Under the pieces are notes generated by a model. That model searched no databases. It was not told the origin of the DNA and worked only from the letters and a program-made list of their open reading frames with translations. Shown in pieces: positions 6,856 to 15,719 of a stretch of 22,064 bases of DNA. Positions within the stretch are counted from its first letter, which is position 1; each line of letters starts with the position of its first letter. Origin of the DNA: a virus (taxonomy: Duplodnaviria > Heunggongvirae > Uroviricota > Caudoviricetes); IMG/VR virus record IMGVR_UViG_3300013800_000001, positions 1-22,064 of that record; one strand, written 5' to 3'. A program made the position numbers and the translations under genes.

Positions 6856-9036
6856 TTATTTTTGGGTTTGAGGGGAAAATGCCCTGTTAAGGATATTAGA
6901 CTGGACACTAGTGTTCTTATTCTGTGATGGAAGTCCAGTGTTTACAGCAGCCCCTGGTTGGCGATTATGTCCTGCAATATTTGGAATCATTGATCTCTGA
7001 GTTTTATCAGCTGGTGGAACTCCTTTTGGTGTTGGAGGAATACCCCCATTAGTAAGAAGATTTATAGGGCTTGCAAATTGAGAGAAGTTATTATTTCCAC
7101 CATAAGATTCACCTGTTTTTCTCAAATGGCTAACAACGCTTCTAAGATTAGATTTAGGGATAAGCCCATGAAAACCAGGTCCTCCTCCTCCATCCTGTGA
7201 TGGTGGCATTCCTGCTGGTGGCATTTGTGGCTGTGCTCCCATTGGTGGGAGTGCTGTAGGAACTGGAGCTCCTTGTTGTGGCAATGGCTGTCCATCTGGA
7301 CCTACCTGAGGAACACTTTCTTCAGGCTTTGAAATACCATCAAGTGACCATCCCCATGTCTGAATAACCTTGCTAGTAAGCTTCTGAGGGTCAATAAATG
7401 GAAGATTGATAAGCAACTGATAAATATCCATGTCCTGCTTCTTCTTAACCTCATCCTGACCAGCTATAGATGGCAAAACAGTGGCTCTATAGTCATAAAA
7501 TCCTTTAAAGTCGTCCTTTTCAATAAGTGGGAACTCTGGCTTTCCAGCTTCTCCAATGATTCTGATTGTCATGCTTTCGGTAAACAGCTGACGAGTCATA
7601 TCCATCCAGTATCTAAGAACATCAGCATATGCATCTCCGAGATGATTCACGAACATACGAACACGCTCAAGAGTAGATTCACGTAAATGACGAACTTCTG
7701 TAGCGCTTCCTGACCCTCCTCCTACTCCCATAGAGAAGTCATCTACACCAGAGGCGTACTGCATATCATTCTTCAACAATTCCTCTTCCTTATAGGCAGA
7801 AGGCTTAATATCGCTAAATTCTATCTCTCTAACACCATTCGGATCTATAGAATAAATAATACCGAAAGGACGGGTAACAAGTTCATCTTTGTTGATATTT
7901 GCCAATGGGTTTACAACCCACATTTTATGAATAGAAAGGGTGGCTGTATCAAGACGCTGGTTCTTCACCAAGTTGAGCATTACCTGCGGGCTTTCTAGAA
8001 TAAGTGGCAATCCATATCCCTCATGTTCACCTGGTATCTTTAGATAAGCAGCTTCAATAAATGGAGCCTCTTTAAAGTCCATAGGGATAGGCATATCTCC
8101 ATCCTTGAAAATAGGAACATTGCTTCCACCAACAATTACAGCATATGAGTCAGCAAACGGTCTCCACCATTCGTATACTTCGTACATTTTCAACAAATCG
8201 TCCTGAGTATTATAATATTTGTCAGTTCCATAACTTCCACCTCCAACTGAACCCATTTCTGCCATAGAAGACTTTGTGGTGTATAGGTTTGTTGTACGAA
8301 CCTGCTGACGAACAGATGCATAATCTGTTAAATCTCCTCCAGGAGAATTAAAGGCTAATTGAAGCCTTGTTTTGTCTGCCATCGGGTATCTTCGCTCTAT
8401 TTCGTCTTTTGTGAGAACTAAACGCTTAAACCAGTACTGCTTACTTCTTCTGGCTGTATTATGCCAGTCATACCATAGATTATAGTTATCTACCCACTCA
8501 CACATCGGTCCATCAAAGAATGTCTTTTTTTCCTTTTCCCATGTGTACTTCTTGCTAGAAATATCCTTCGATTTAAGGAATCTTAGCTCCCTAACATCTT
8601 TTTTCCATGAAACCTGTAAATAGCCTGTCCCATAAATAAGACAAGCTCGAACAAAATCTTCAGTAGTGGCATCCATTCCAGCTGTCTCCCAAAAGAAGTT
8701 CATCAACTCCTGCTGCTTTGCAGCTCTAACCTGGTCATCTTCGTTTCGTCCTAAAACAGTAAATTCTGGACGTGCATCAACAATACGAGGAACCATTGTC
8801 TCTACAGCAGACTGAATATATGGAATTTGTACGTTTGACTGCCATTTCTTAATCTCTCTCTGACGATCTCCTCCATAAGCAATATAGAGTTTGTAAGACC
8901 GATCAAGGCGTGGCTTGGTCACATTTAAGAAATAATTACGCGCATCATCACGTTGTAGCATGAATAAACGCTGCAATTCTATCTCTTTTTTGCCAAAATC
9001 ACTTGGCGAATAGATTGTTCCGTAAGATTTAGGCAT
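6856..9036 (-). CDS. Portal protein (podovirus P22/T7/SU10-like) with long Pro/Gln/Gly-rich C-terminal tail
   Basis: 726 aa, directly after TerL. Typical segments include VQIPYIQSAVETMVPRI, ACLIYGTGYLQVSW, NLVKNQRLDTATLS and SATEVRHL. Confidence 0.88.
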   Translation of the reverse strand: MPKSYGTIYSPSDFGKKEIELQRLFMLQRDDARNYFLNVTKPRLDRSYKLYIAYGGDRQREIKKWQSNVQIPYIQSAVETMVPRIVDARPEFTVLGRNEDDQVRAAKQQELMNFFWETAGMDATTEDFVRACLIYGTGYLQVSWKKDVRELRFLKSKDISSKKYTWEKEKKTFFDGPMCEWVDNYNLWYDWHNTARRSKQYWFKRLVLTKDEIERRYPMADKTRLQLAFNSPGGDLTDYASVRQQVRTTNLYTTKSSMAEMGSVGGGSYGTDKYYNTQDDLLKMYEVYEWWRPFADSYAVIVGGSNVPIFKDGDMPIPMDFKEAPFIEAAYLKIPGEHEGYGLPLILESPQVMLNLVKNQRLDTATLSIHKMWVVNPLANINKDELVTRPFGIIYSIDPNGVREIEFSDIKPSAYKEEELLKNDMQYASGVDDFSMGVGGGSGSATEVRHLRESTLERVRMFVNHLGDAYADVLRYWMDMTRQLFTESMTIRIIGEAGKPEFPLIEKDDFKGFYDYRATVLPSIAGQDEVKKKQDMDIYQLLINLPFIDPQKLTSKVIQTWGWSLDGISKPEESVPQVGPDGQPLPQQGAPVPTALPPMGAQPQMPPAGMPPSQDGGGGPGFHGLIPKSNLRSVVSHLRKTGESYGGNNNFSQFASPINLLTNGGIPPTPKGVPPADKTQRSMIPNIAGHNRQPGAAVNTGLPSQNKNTSVQSNILNRAFSPQTQK
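7170..7194. repeat. 25-bp direct repeat, copy 2 (in the portal tail)
   Basis: gaaaaccaggtcctcctcctccatc. Confidence 0.85.
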
Positions 9037-9049
9037 AATTTATATAAAA

Positions 9050-9064
9050 ACTATAGCAAAGTGC
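9050..9064 (-). promoter_or_regulatory. GnACTnTGnTAnnnT motif copy (candidate late promoter)
   Basis: Minus strand GCACTTTGCTATAGT, 13 nt upstream of the portal ATG. Confidence 0.65.
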
Positions 9065-9070
9065 TAATTT

Positions 9071-10528
9071 TTAATAGGATGAAGACTCTGGCATATGACT
9101 TTCATAATCAATTTGCCCTAAAGTGCCCGAATACATCACTTTGAAGCCCTGAAATCCTATAGCGGTAGCAAAAATACAGTCGTCATTAAACGAGCTTTGC
9201 GAAACCATATCGCCATGATCGTTAAAAACGAACGTAAGCATTTCATCTAGGGTTTTTTCGCTATGCAATTTTAGACTTCCATCAGATAATGCCTCTCTCA
9301 AATCATCAATCATCAATGGACGAGTGACCTTAGTTGTTTTCCACCCCAATCTATCGCTAAATTTCATAGAAATAGTATCCATTTTCACAACTGGCCTAAA
9401 ATATAGTTGAGGATACATCTTATTTTTGAGAGCAGTGACTGTAGTAAGCCCATGGTTGTTAATTTCCACAACCATAAGGGCGTTATTGTACATTCTTCCT
9501 ATTCTGTCTAGGTAATTACCGAATCTATCTGGAGCCATATAACCTCTCCAAAAACCAACCTCATGGCCATTTTTTCGGTCAAATATAGTGAATACTGAAT
9601 AGTCACCTCCAGTTACACCCTCAGCAACGTCAGCACCAATAATATAGGTTCTACCTGGTCTTGGTGGGTAATACATGACAAAGTCATCTTCATCTTTTGT
9701 AACAACACTTTTAATGCCCTCTTCATCTTCTACCTCTTGACCAACCTTATAAATGCCTTTTCTAAGCCTTTTTATAAGCTGTCCTGGGAAAACTGGACGT
9801 CCAGCTGATAGAAATTCAAGACTGTATTCCTGCGCAAAACGCATAGGATCATTGATACGTCTCCTGATTATTTCTACTTGTTCCTCAGTATAACCCCACC
9901 ACCATCCATACTTTTTCTTGCAATAATCGTTATCTGCCATCCACATACGGTGATAAAGATTACCCATAGCATTCGGTGTGCTCTCTATAATAATCTTCCC
10001 ATCCTGAGGAACAGCGTTTTCAATAGCAAGCATCTTCTCTTCTGCTTTATCCCAGAAAGCTAGCTCTGTACAGAGAACATTATGGAGGGTATATCCACGA
10101 CCTACGTTTTCACTAGAAGGGAGCACAAGGATCTTTGAATCAATGGCAGGAAAGCTGATTTCGTATTTGCTATTGTATTGAATCTTAGGGCGAATAGACT
10201 CTGGAGTTGTTCGATAAAAAGTCTTTACCTTATCAAGAAGCTCAGCTGTAAGGTCAGAGTTATACCCAATAAGGGCAGTGTTAGTACCAGGGGTGGTAAT
10301 TGTTTTATGGTAAAGATAACCAGTTACGGCTGTAGAGAACCCCATTTGGCGAGCTTTAAGAATAATGACTCGTGAATGGGTATTTAAAGCATTGAAAAGA
10401 TCTTTCTGGGCCTCATTCAAGATAAAAGGCACCAAACCTGGCGTCTTTCCCTTCAGCTTCGTGAAGCTCTCTAAATAGAACTTAGGGTCTAAAAGCTTAT
10501 CAATTGACGGTTTCTCATTAATCTCCAT
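9071..10528 (-). CDS. terL: Terminase large subunit
   Basis: Walker A LKARQMGFST, Walker B-like VLCTE, coupling motif IESTPN, and RuvC-like nuclease motifs IIGADVAEG, VEINNHG and DDCIFA. Confidence 0.95.
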   Translation of the reverse strand: MEINEKPSIDKLLDPKFYLESFTKLKGKTPGLVPFILNEAQKDLFNALNTHSRVIILKARQMGFSTAVTGYLYHKTITTPGTNTALIGYNSDLTAELLDKVKTFYRTTPESIRPKIQYNSKYEISFPAIDSKILVLPSSENVGRGYTLHNVLCTELAFWDKAEEKMLAIENAVPQDGKIIIESTPNAMGNLYHRMWMADNDYCKKKYGWWWGYTEEQVEIIRRRINDPMRFAQEYSLEFLSAGRPVFPGQLIKRLRKGIYKVGQEVEDEEGIKSVVTKDEDDFVMYYPPRPGRTYIIGADVAEGVTGGDYSVFTIFDRKNGHEVGFWRGYMAPDRFGNYLDRIGRMYNNALMVVEINNHGLTTVTALKNKMYPQLYFRPVVKMDTISMKFSDRLGWKTTKVTRPLMIDDLREALSDGSLKLHSEKTLDEMLTFVFNDHGDMVSQSSFNDDCIFATAIGFQGFKVMYSGTLGQIDYESHMPESSSY

Positions 10529-11099
10529 GTTTTTTAGGTTCTACATCATAAATACTAGATGTTATCTCATCCTCATCTTCCTGCATCAAACGAGCAGATT
10601 CTGGTATCTCTGGCTTAATCACTTCATATGTAGGAATAACGCCGTCTGAAATCTCTTTCATGTCTGACCCAAGCTCTTTTTGCTCGTTAATCTTTTCAAG
10701 GAGAACTTCTTCCCATGATCCTGAACCGCCTCCTGAATCTTCTTTGTATGTATCCATACCTACAGATTTCAAAAGCGTCTGTAATGCTTTCAACTTATCA
10801 GCATCCTTAAATCCATCCATAGCGATGTTCTTCAGACCCTTCACGATAAAATCAAAAGAAATACCTGACTTGGCTAGAGCCTCATGATATTCCTTTCTCA
10901 TCGCCATCTTATCAAGCGTCCTATATACTTCAGCTACCGTTTTAACCCCTATCATCTCCTTGAGTTTTTTAGGGTCTTGCGTAACCTGGAGTGCCTTCAA
11001 CAAAAACATCTGCTGAGCAGTATTTTGAGCACCCTTCTTTACATGATTTGTAGTATAAACTACTGGTCTAAGCCTTATTTTTGGTTTTTCCTCTTCCAT
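10518..11099 (-). CDS. Putative terminase small subunit
   Basis: 193 aa, helical, overlaps the terL start by 11 nt. Pattern: HTH-like N-terminal part, then an oligomerisation helix (DADKLKALQTLLK), then an acidic tail. Assignment is largely positional. Confidence 0.6.
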   Translation of the reverse strand: MEEEKPKIRLRPVVYTTNHVKKGAQNTAQQMFLLKALQVTQDPKKLKEMIGVKTVAEVYRTLDKMAMRKEYHEALAKSGISFDFIVKGLKNIAMDGFKDADKLKALQTLLKSVGMDTYKEDSGGGSGSWEEVLLEKINEQKELGSDMKEISDGVIPTYEVIKPEIPESARLMQEDEDEITSSIYDVEPKKHGD

Positions 11100-11761
11100 T
11101 ATAGTACATCAAAATTAAATTTATCATTCTCCCAAAACTTCTTGAGATCATTGTTTCTAATATACGGCCAATTGAAATGGCCTCCAATCAATTGGTATTT
11201 TTTTCTCCCATGTTCATCGTTATAACAAAGAGCCCAGTTTAGAGCCCAATTTATGAACTCAGCATAACTCATTCCTCTTTTTTCGGCTTCTGCTAGCATT
11301 TCAAGTCTATTGTCCATCTGATATACAAATACCAAAAAATCTAGCGTCACATGTTTATATGGAAACTTATACATTTCTGGTTTTTCAAAAGGATCCTCAA
11401 AAAGAAACTTTGGGAAGAAATCCTTTAAATAGGTAGCTATTGGTGTGAATATAAAGCTGATAGTCACCGGACGATGACTTATTCCAACCTCTATTTTAGT
11501 AAATTTACCATATGTGTTATCGGAGACAGAGTTGTTTCCTACACGTTTGGTTCTTCGAAAATTAGATACGAAGAGTTGTTGTTCAAGCCATATCTGCTTG
11601 ACTATTGTTTCAAAAATTGAGGTATGTGCTTCTCTGTAAAACTTCCTGAATCTAGCAACATACTTATCAAGAGAACTACCTTTGCATGACAGTGTCTGTT
11701 TTCTTTTTTCCCAGCCCTCTATACTACAAATGTCCTCATACGTTTTGGGGTAAAATTTCAT
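11099..11761 (-). CDS. Hypothetical protein
   Basis: 220-aa ORF rich in aromatic and basic residues. Overlaps its neighbours, suggesting translational coupling. Confidence 0.7.
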   Translation of the reverse strand: MKFYPKTYEDICSIEGWEKRKQTLSCKGSSLDKYVARFRKFYREAHTSIFETIVKQIWLEQQLFVSNFRRTKRVGNNSVSDNTYGKFTKIEVGISHRPVTISFIFTPIATYLKDFFPKFLFEDPFEKPEMYKFPYKHVTLDFLVFVYQMDNRLEMLAEAEKRGMSYAEFINWALNWALCYNDEHGRKKYQLIGGHFNWPYIRNNDLKKFWENDKFNFDVL

Positions 11762-12161
11762 TTTGATTATTATTATTCATATTACTTCCAGGAATATCCA
11801 ACATAGCATTTGGATCCTGAGGCTCTCCAAAAGAGTTCACTTCGCTATTTCCCAAAAGAACATCCATAGATTCCTCAAACATTTGTGCTAATTCAGGGTT
11901 ATTCTCCTTTAGACTAGCAATAAATTCAGCAACAGAGTTTTTATCAGAAAGGTCAACACCAGCCATCTGAAGCTTTTCAAATACCTGCTTTAACATACTC
12001 TTTCTGAACTCTTCAGTCTTGTTATCAGAAGCAAATCTAACTGCACTCAAAGGAGTCAGTTTGTCTTTAATCTTCTGAATCATACCAAGGAGTTCCTGCT
12101 TCTGTTCATCAGAAACTGGCATACCTGTTGGCTGACCTGGTTGCATCTGTTGAAAATCCAT
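11736..12161 (-). CDS. Hypothetical helical protein with Gln/Pro-rich N-terminus
   Basis: 141-aa ORF preceded by a motif copy at 12177-12191. Confidence 0.7.
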   Translation of the reverse strand: MDFQQMQPGQPTGMPVSDEQKQELLGMIQKIKDKLTPLSAVRFASDNKTEEFRKSMLKQVFEKLQMAGVDLSDKNSVAEFIASLKENNPELAQMFEESMDVLLGNSEVNSFGEPQDPNAMLDIPGSNMNNNNQNEILPQNV

Positions 12162-12176
12162 ATATTTCTTTTAATA

Positions 12177-12191
12177 ATAATATCAGAGTAC
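12177..12191 (-). promoter_or_regulatory. GnACTnTGnTAnnnT motif copy (candidate late promoter)
   Basis: Minus strand GTACTCTGATATTAT, upstream of 11736..12161 and the TerS/TerL genes. Confidence 0.65.
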
Positions 12192-12193
12192 TG

Positions 12194-15100
12194 CTATTGG
12201 GCACTACCGCCGTCTTTAAAATTCGTGTTTACTGGAGCTTGTACTGAAATTCCACTAGCCTGCAACAGTCCACGTAGAGTACGTGATGTTTTAGGTTCTT
12301 TACTTGAAATACCTAGCTGGTTTTTACCTTCTTTTGCTTCAGATAACTGTCTCCATCTATAGCTAGGAATATATTTAGCTGCCTCTTCTGGTGTGAGCAG
12401 ACCAGCGTATGATGTAATGTTTGGGACAAAAGCTTCTCCAAATGTTCTTGCACCATACCCAAGTTTTTCTAGTCCTGTGGCGTCAACAGGATACAGCGGT
12501 TGTCCAAACTGACCCTGTGGGCGAATAGCTTCTCCAAGTATAAGAGGTTGAATCAGATAGTCAAACAATACACTTCCAGCTGGATCTTTTAGTATAGGAG
12601 AACCTTGTAATGCTTGTGTAAGCTGCTCTCTTGCAGAATCACCATAGTTAGTCTGGCTAGGATTGAACATGTTCAAAGAATAGTATGGGATCATACTAGC
12701 CATGTTCAAATATATAGGATTCTTTTCGAAGAATGGTAGACGGAACATCCCAGGTTGGTTCAAGTAAGAATAAAAGTCAGTATCCAAAGCTTTTTTCTCT
12801 AGTGGAGTCTTTGTCCCTCCAAAATCCTTCATAGCAAAATTGACCTTGTTAAACGCAGCTGGGTTATAAGCTAGTGTTTGACCTGTTTTTAGGGCCATTC
12901 CATACATGAATGATACAAACGGAGATCCCATCAATGGCATATTTCGAAGAACTCTAACGGCCGCTGGCATAGCGTTATAGTTCAAATACATAGCATTTGC
13001 CAGTTCTATAGCTGACTTTGGCGATAGACGATAAAGATTCTGTCCATCTTTTGCATACTTTCCTAAAGCTAATTCTTCAGGAGTCATATTGATAAGATGA
13101 CGCATTTGTCGAAGCTGGTTTATATCATAACCATCAACAGTTGCTCTAAGAAACGTAGCCATTTTAAAGGTCTGGTCAATCTTCTCATAACCTGAAGGCA
13201 TCTTATTCAAAGTGAAATCAAGAAGCTTCCATGCAATATTTGATGGATCTGACTTAGCCTTCTCAGCTATATGGTCAAACATAGCAGCTGTGGCTCTAGA
13301 GTTGAACATTTCATTAGAAAGCATACCTGTACCAATATCTGCTCTTGATACCTCTTTCCCTGCTTTAATGATCCCTCTAACAGGCTCTGTACCGGCGTTC
13401 ATTCTTATTTCTGCCAACTCATCCATTGCTCCCCTTAGGCTATCTTTTATATCATCTACCTTTACAGCAGATGACAACATTCCATTATCTCTTCCTCTCT
13501 GTAGAAGTACCTCTGCGTAATCATTAGCGTTAAGAAAGCTCAAGTCTCCAAATGTACCTCTAGCGGCAGTCTTATTATCTAAAATACCCCTTCTAATCAG
13601 GTTCTCATCGCCAAGTGATTTACCGGCGCTCATTAGAAGACCATCCAGAAAAGCTGCTGATCCAGACTTATTACGATACATATCAAAAGATTGCTTCAAT
13701 CGAGCAATAAATTGTGGGCTAACATCCCCATTTGCCATGTGGGTCATGATCATGTTTCCTACAACAGCGTTCGTCCAAGCAGTAGGAGATGCTCCAACTT
13801 TTGCAGCACGAAATATACCCATAGCTTGGTCGTACTTGTCCATAACGTTCTTACCAATAGCTACAGCCTTATCCTTATTCTTGTTTGTTTGGATAGTATA
13901 AGACTTGATTCCTCCCATCATCTTATCGAACCATTTGACTCCAGTTTCTTCCAAAGCTCCAGAATTTACTATTTTAGCGATATCTTCCATAGTTATCTGT
14001 TCTCCACCAATTTTTTCATTGGCAATACGAAGAGCATTCTCCATTGGATCTGCAGATATGAATGTATTAGGGTTCTTTAGGATAGATGCCGTATCATCAA
14101 CGCCATTTACAATATCTGGTGCAGCTTCAGCTACCTTTGTTTCTAGTCCAGTTCCAGCCAATTTTGCTACCATTGTATCTACCTCTTTTGCTGTAGGTAA
14201 CGCTGATACTGATTCTGTATCTATGCCGAATGGTACTTTCACAGGACTGGCAGCCTTAACAGCTGAAGAAAACTCTTCTGCACCCTGTTTTAAGAATGGC
14301 TCAATAGATTCTCCCCTCAAATGAGCATTTATAGCCCCTTTCATATCAGCCCCTTGTCCGAGTGATTCCTGGACAACATCCTTAATCCTCGCCTGTCTAA
14401 CCCATTCAACAGGGTCATAGATAAAATTATCCAATATCTTAGCTCCATTGGGAGTAGATTCAGCTGCTTTTTTTATTAAATCTCCTAGTCCTAATCTATA
14501 TGATCCAGAGAATAGACTTCCACCTATACCCTTACCTTGAGAAACGATACTAGCAGCAGTAATACCACTCAGGTCTTCCCATGAATTTGTAGTCTTGATA
14601 GCGGCCTCTCCTAGCTTTTTAAATGCGTCTGATTTTCTAAAGAATGGAGTATATCTACCTGCCACAGAGGCTTTTTCTAATATACTTGACTTCCCAGCTA
14701 TTGAAAGTCCTTTTAGAGCGCCTTCACCGGTCTGGACGCCTTTATAAAGACCCATTCCAAGTCTTGGAACTAAGGCCCCTGTACCCATTGTTGCCCAGTT
14801 TACTGGGTCCATTGTTATATCCAAAGCAAAACCAAGTGGCGCTGCTACTGCCCATGGGACATTAGAGTTTTTCAATACATCTCCAAACGTATTCTTATTT
14901 CTAACCATGTTATCAGCTACATCTTGCTGAAGAGAGCCTTTCCCTTGTCCAGTAAAATGCTTTGTAGCTCCAACAACTCCATAAAGTGGCCTAGAAAGGT
15001 AATCTAATGTAGAGCGAAAAAACCCAGGTGAGTCTTCTCCAGAGTCTGCGGCGTTCTTTTGTTTTGCATCAGTTCCGTACCATTTTGTCTTTAGTCTTGA

Positions 15101-15295
15101 ATCTTCAAGGCTTTGTATCTGACTATTGATACGATTAAGAGACTCCTGATCAGAAATATCAGAAGCTGTAGGTTTTCCATTCCCACCAAGTGCTGTAGGA
15201 GATGACCTTAACTGACTGTCGAATCTTCCTGCTTCTTGTTGGAGATTTGATATTTGTCTCTCAAGATTAGGAATATCTGAAGGTTTTGTTGCCAT
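12194..15295 (-). CDS. Large putative internal virion (ejection/pilot) protein
   Basis: 1033 aa, Ala/Gly-rich and helical, with glycine-rich hydrophobic stretches (APLGFALDITMDPVNWATMGTG) typical of podovirus-like core proteins. No catalytic motif recognised. Confidence 0.5.
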   Translation of the reverse strand: MATKPSDIPNLERQISNLQQEAGRFDSQLRSSPTALGGNGKPTASDISDQESLNRINSQIQSLEDSRLKTKWYGTDAKQKNAADSGEDSPGFFRSTLDYLSRPLYGVVGATKHFTGQGKGSLQQDVADNMVRNKNTFGDVLKNSNVPWAVAAPLGFALDITMDPVNWATMGTGALVPRLGMGLYKGVQTGEGALKGLSIAGKSSILEKASVAGRYTPFFRKSDAFKKLGEAAIKTTNSWEDLSGITAASIVSQGKGIGGSLFSGSYRLGLGDLIKKAAESTPNGAKILDNFIYDPVEWVRQARIKDVVQESLGQGADMKGAINAHLRGESIEPFLKQGAEEFSSAVKAASPVKVPFGIDTESVSALPTAKEVDTMVAKLAGTGLETKVAEAAPDIVNGVDDTASILKNPNTFISADPMENALRIANEKIGGEQITMEDIAKIVNSGALEETGVKWFDKMMGGIKSYTIQTNKNKDKAVAIGKNVMDKYDQAMGIFRAAKVGASPTAWTNAVVGNMIMTHMANGDVSPQFIARLKQSFDMYRNKSGSAAFLDGLLMSAGKSLGDENLIRRGILDNKTAARGTFGDLSFLNANDYAEVLLQRGRDNGMLSSAVKVDDIKDSLRGAMDELAEIRMNAGTEPVRGIIKAGKEVSRADIGTGMLSNEMFNSRATAAMFDHIAEKAKSDPSNIAWKLLDFTLNKMPSGYEKIDQTFKMATFLRATVDGYDINQLRQMRHLINMTPEELALGKYAKDGQNLYRLSPKSAIELANAMYLNYNAMPAAVRVLRNMPLMGSPFVSFMYGMALKTGQTLAYNPAAFNKVNFAMKDFGGTKTPLEKKALDTDFYSYLNQPGMFRLPFFEKNPIYLNMASMIPYYSLNMFNPSQTNYGDSAREQLTQALQGSPILKDPAGSVLFDYLIQPLILGEAIRPQGQFGQPLYPVDATGLEKLGYGARTFGEAFVPNITSYAGLLTPEEAAKYIPSYRWRQLSEAKEGKNQLGISSKEPKTSRTLRGLLQASGISVQAPVNTNFKDGGSAQ

Positions 15296-15320
15296 GATGC
15301 AACTATACTACAATCCCACT

Positions 15321-15716
15321 TTATTCGATAACTCTTCTATTGAGTATTTTCTCTCTTGGGTCAAGTGCTCCTTCATACCCTTCCTTTTCTGCTACCTTAG
15401 CGAAATACTTCCTCCAAGCATCTTTAGGGTAAAACTTGATCATGTATTTACCAGTTATCATCTTCTGATACTGACCAGCCCATCCTATTTTGTCTTTTTG
15501 CCTTACTAGAGCTATATCTCCGAGATGAGGGAGCCTAACTACTCCATTTTCCTTCAATTCAGATGTTAATAGCTTCACAAGGCCTTCATAGAATAGTTTT
15601 ATAGTCCTTTGATCAACATAGTTGTTGTATTCAGACAAAAGACGAAAAAAACGGGCTTCGTCAAAAGCTCCGCTTTTCTTTAATGCTTTTATATCTATCT
15701 TTGGTGTGTGCGCCAT
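15321..15716 (-). CDS. HU/IHF-like DNA-binding protein
   Basis: 131 aa. ELKENGVVRLPHLGDIALV...MIKFYPKDAWRKYF matches the HU beta-sheet/arm/C-helix pattern. Lacks the usual RNP arm motif. Confidence 0.65.
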   Translation of the reverse strand: MAHTPKIDIKALKKSGAFDEARFFRLLSEYNNYVDQRTIKLFYEGLVKLLTSELKENGVVRLPHLGDIALVRQKDKIGWAGQYQKMITGKYMIKFYPKDAWRKYFAKVAEKEGYEGALDPREKILNRRVIE

Positions 15717-15719
15717 AAT

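Noticed and set aside
555-14865. Numerous short plus-strand ORFs and nested minus-strand ORFs in the track (e.g. 555..821, 1552..1782, 3470..3772, 5193..5399, 10884..11225, 13905..14324)
   Set aside because: They are antisense or out-of-frame shadows of long, well-supported minus-strand genes and contain no recognisable motifs.
15303-15317. Eighth late-motif copy upstream of the 1033-aa gene (GGATTGTAGTATAGT on the minus strand)
   Set aside because: Two of the nine fixed positions mismatch, including the TG. It may be a weak -10 but is not counted.
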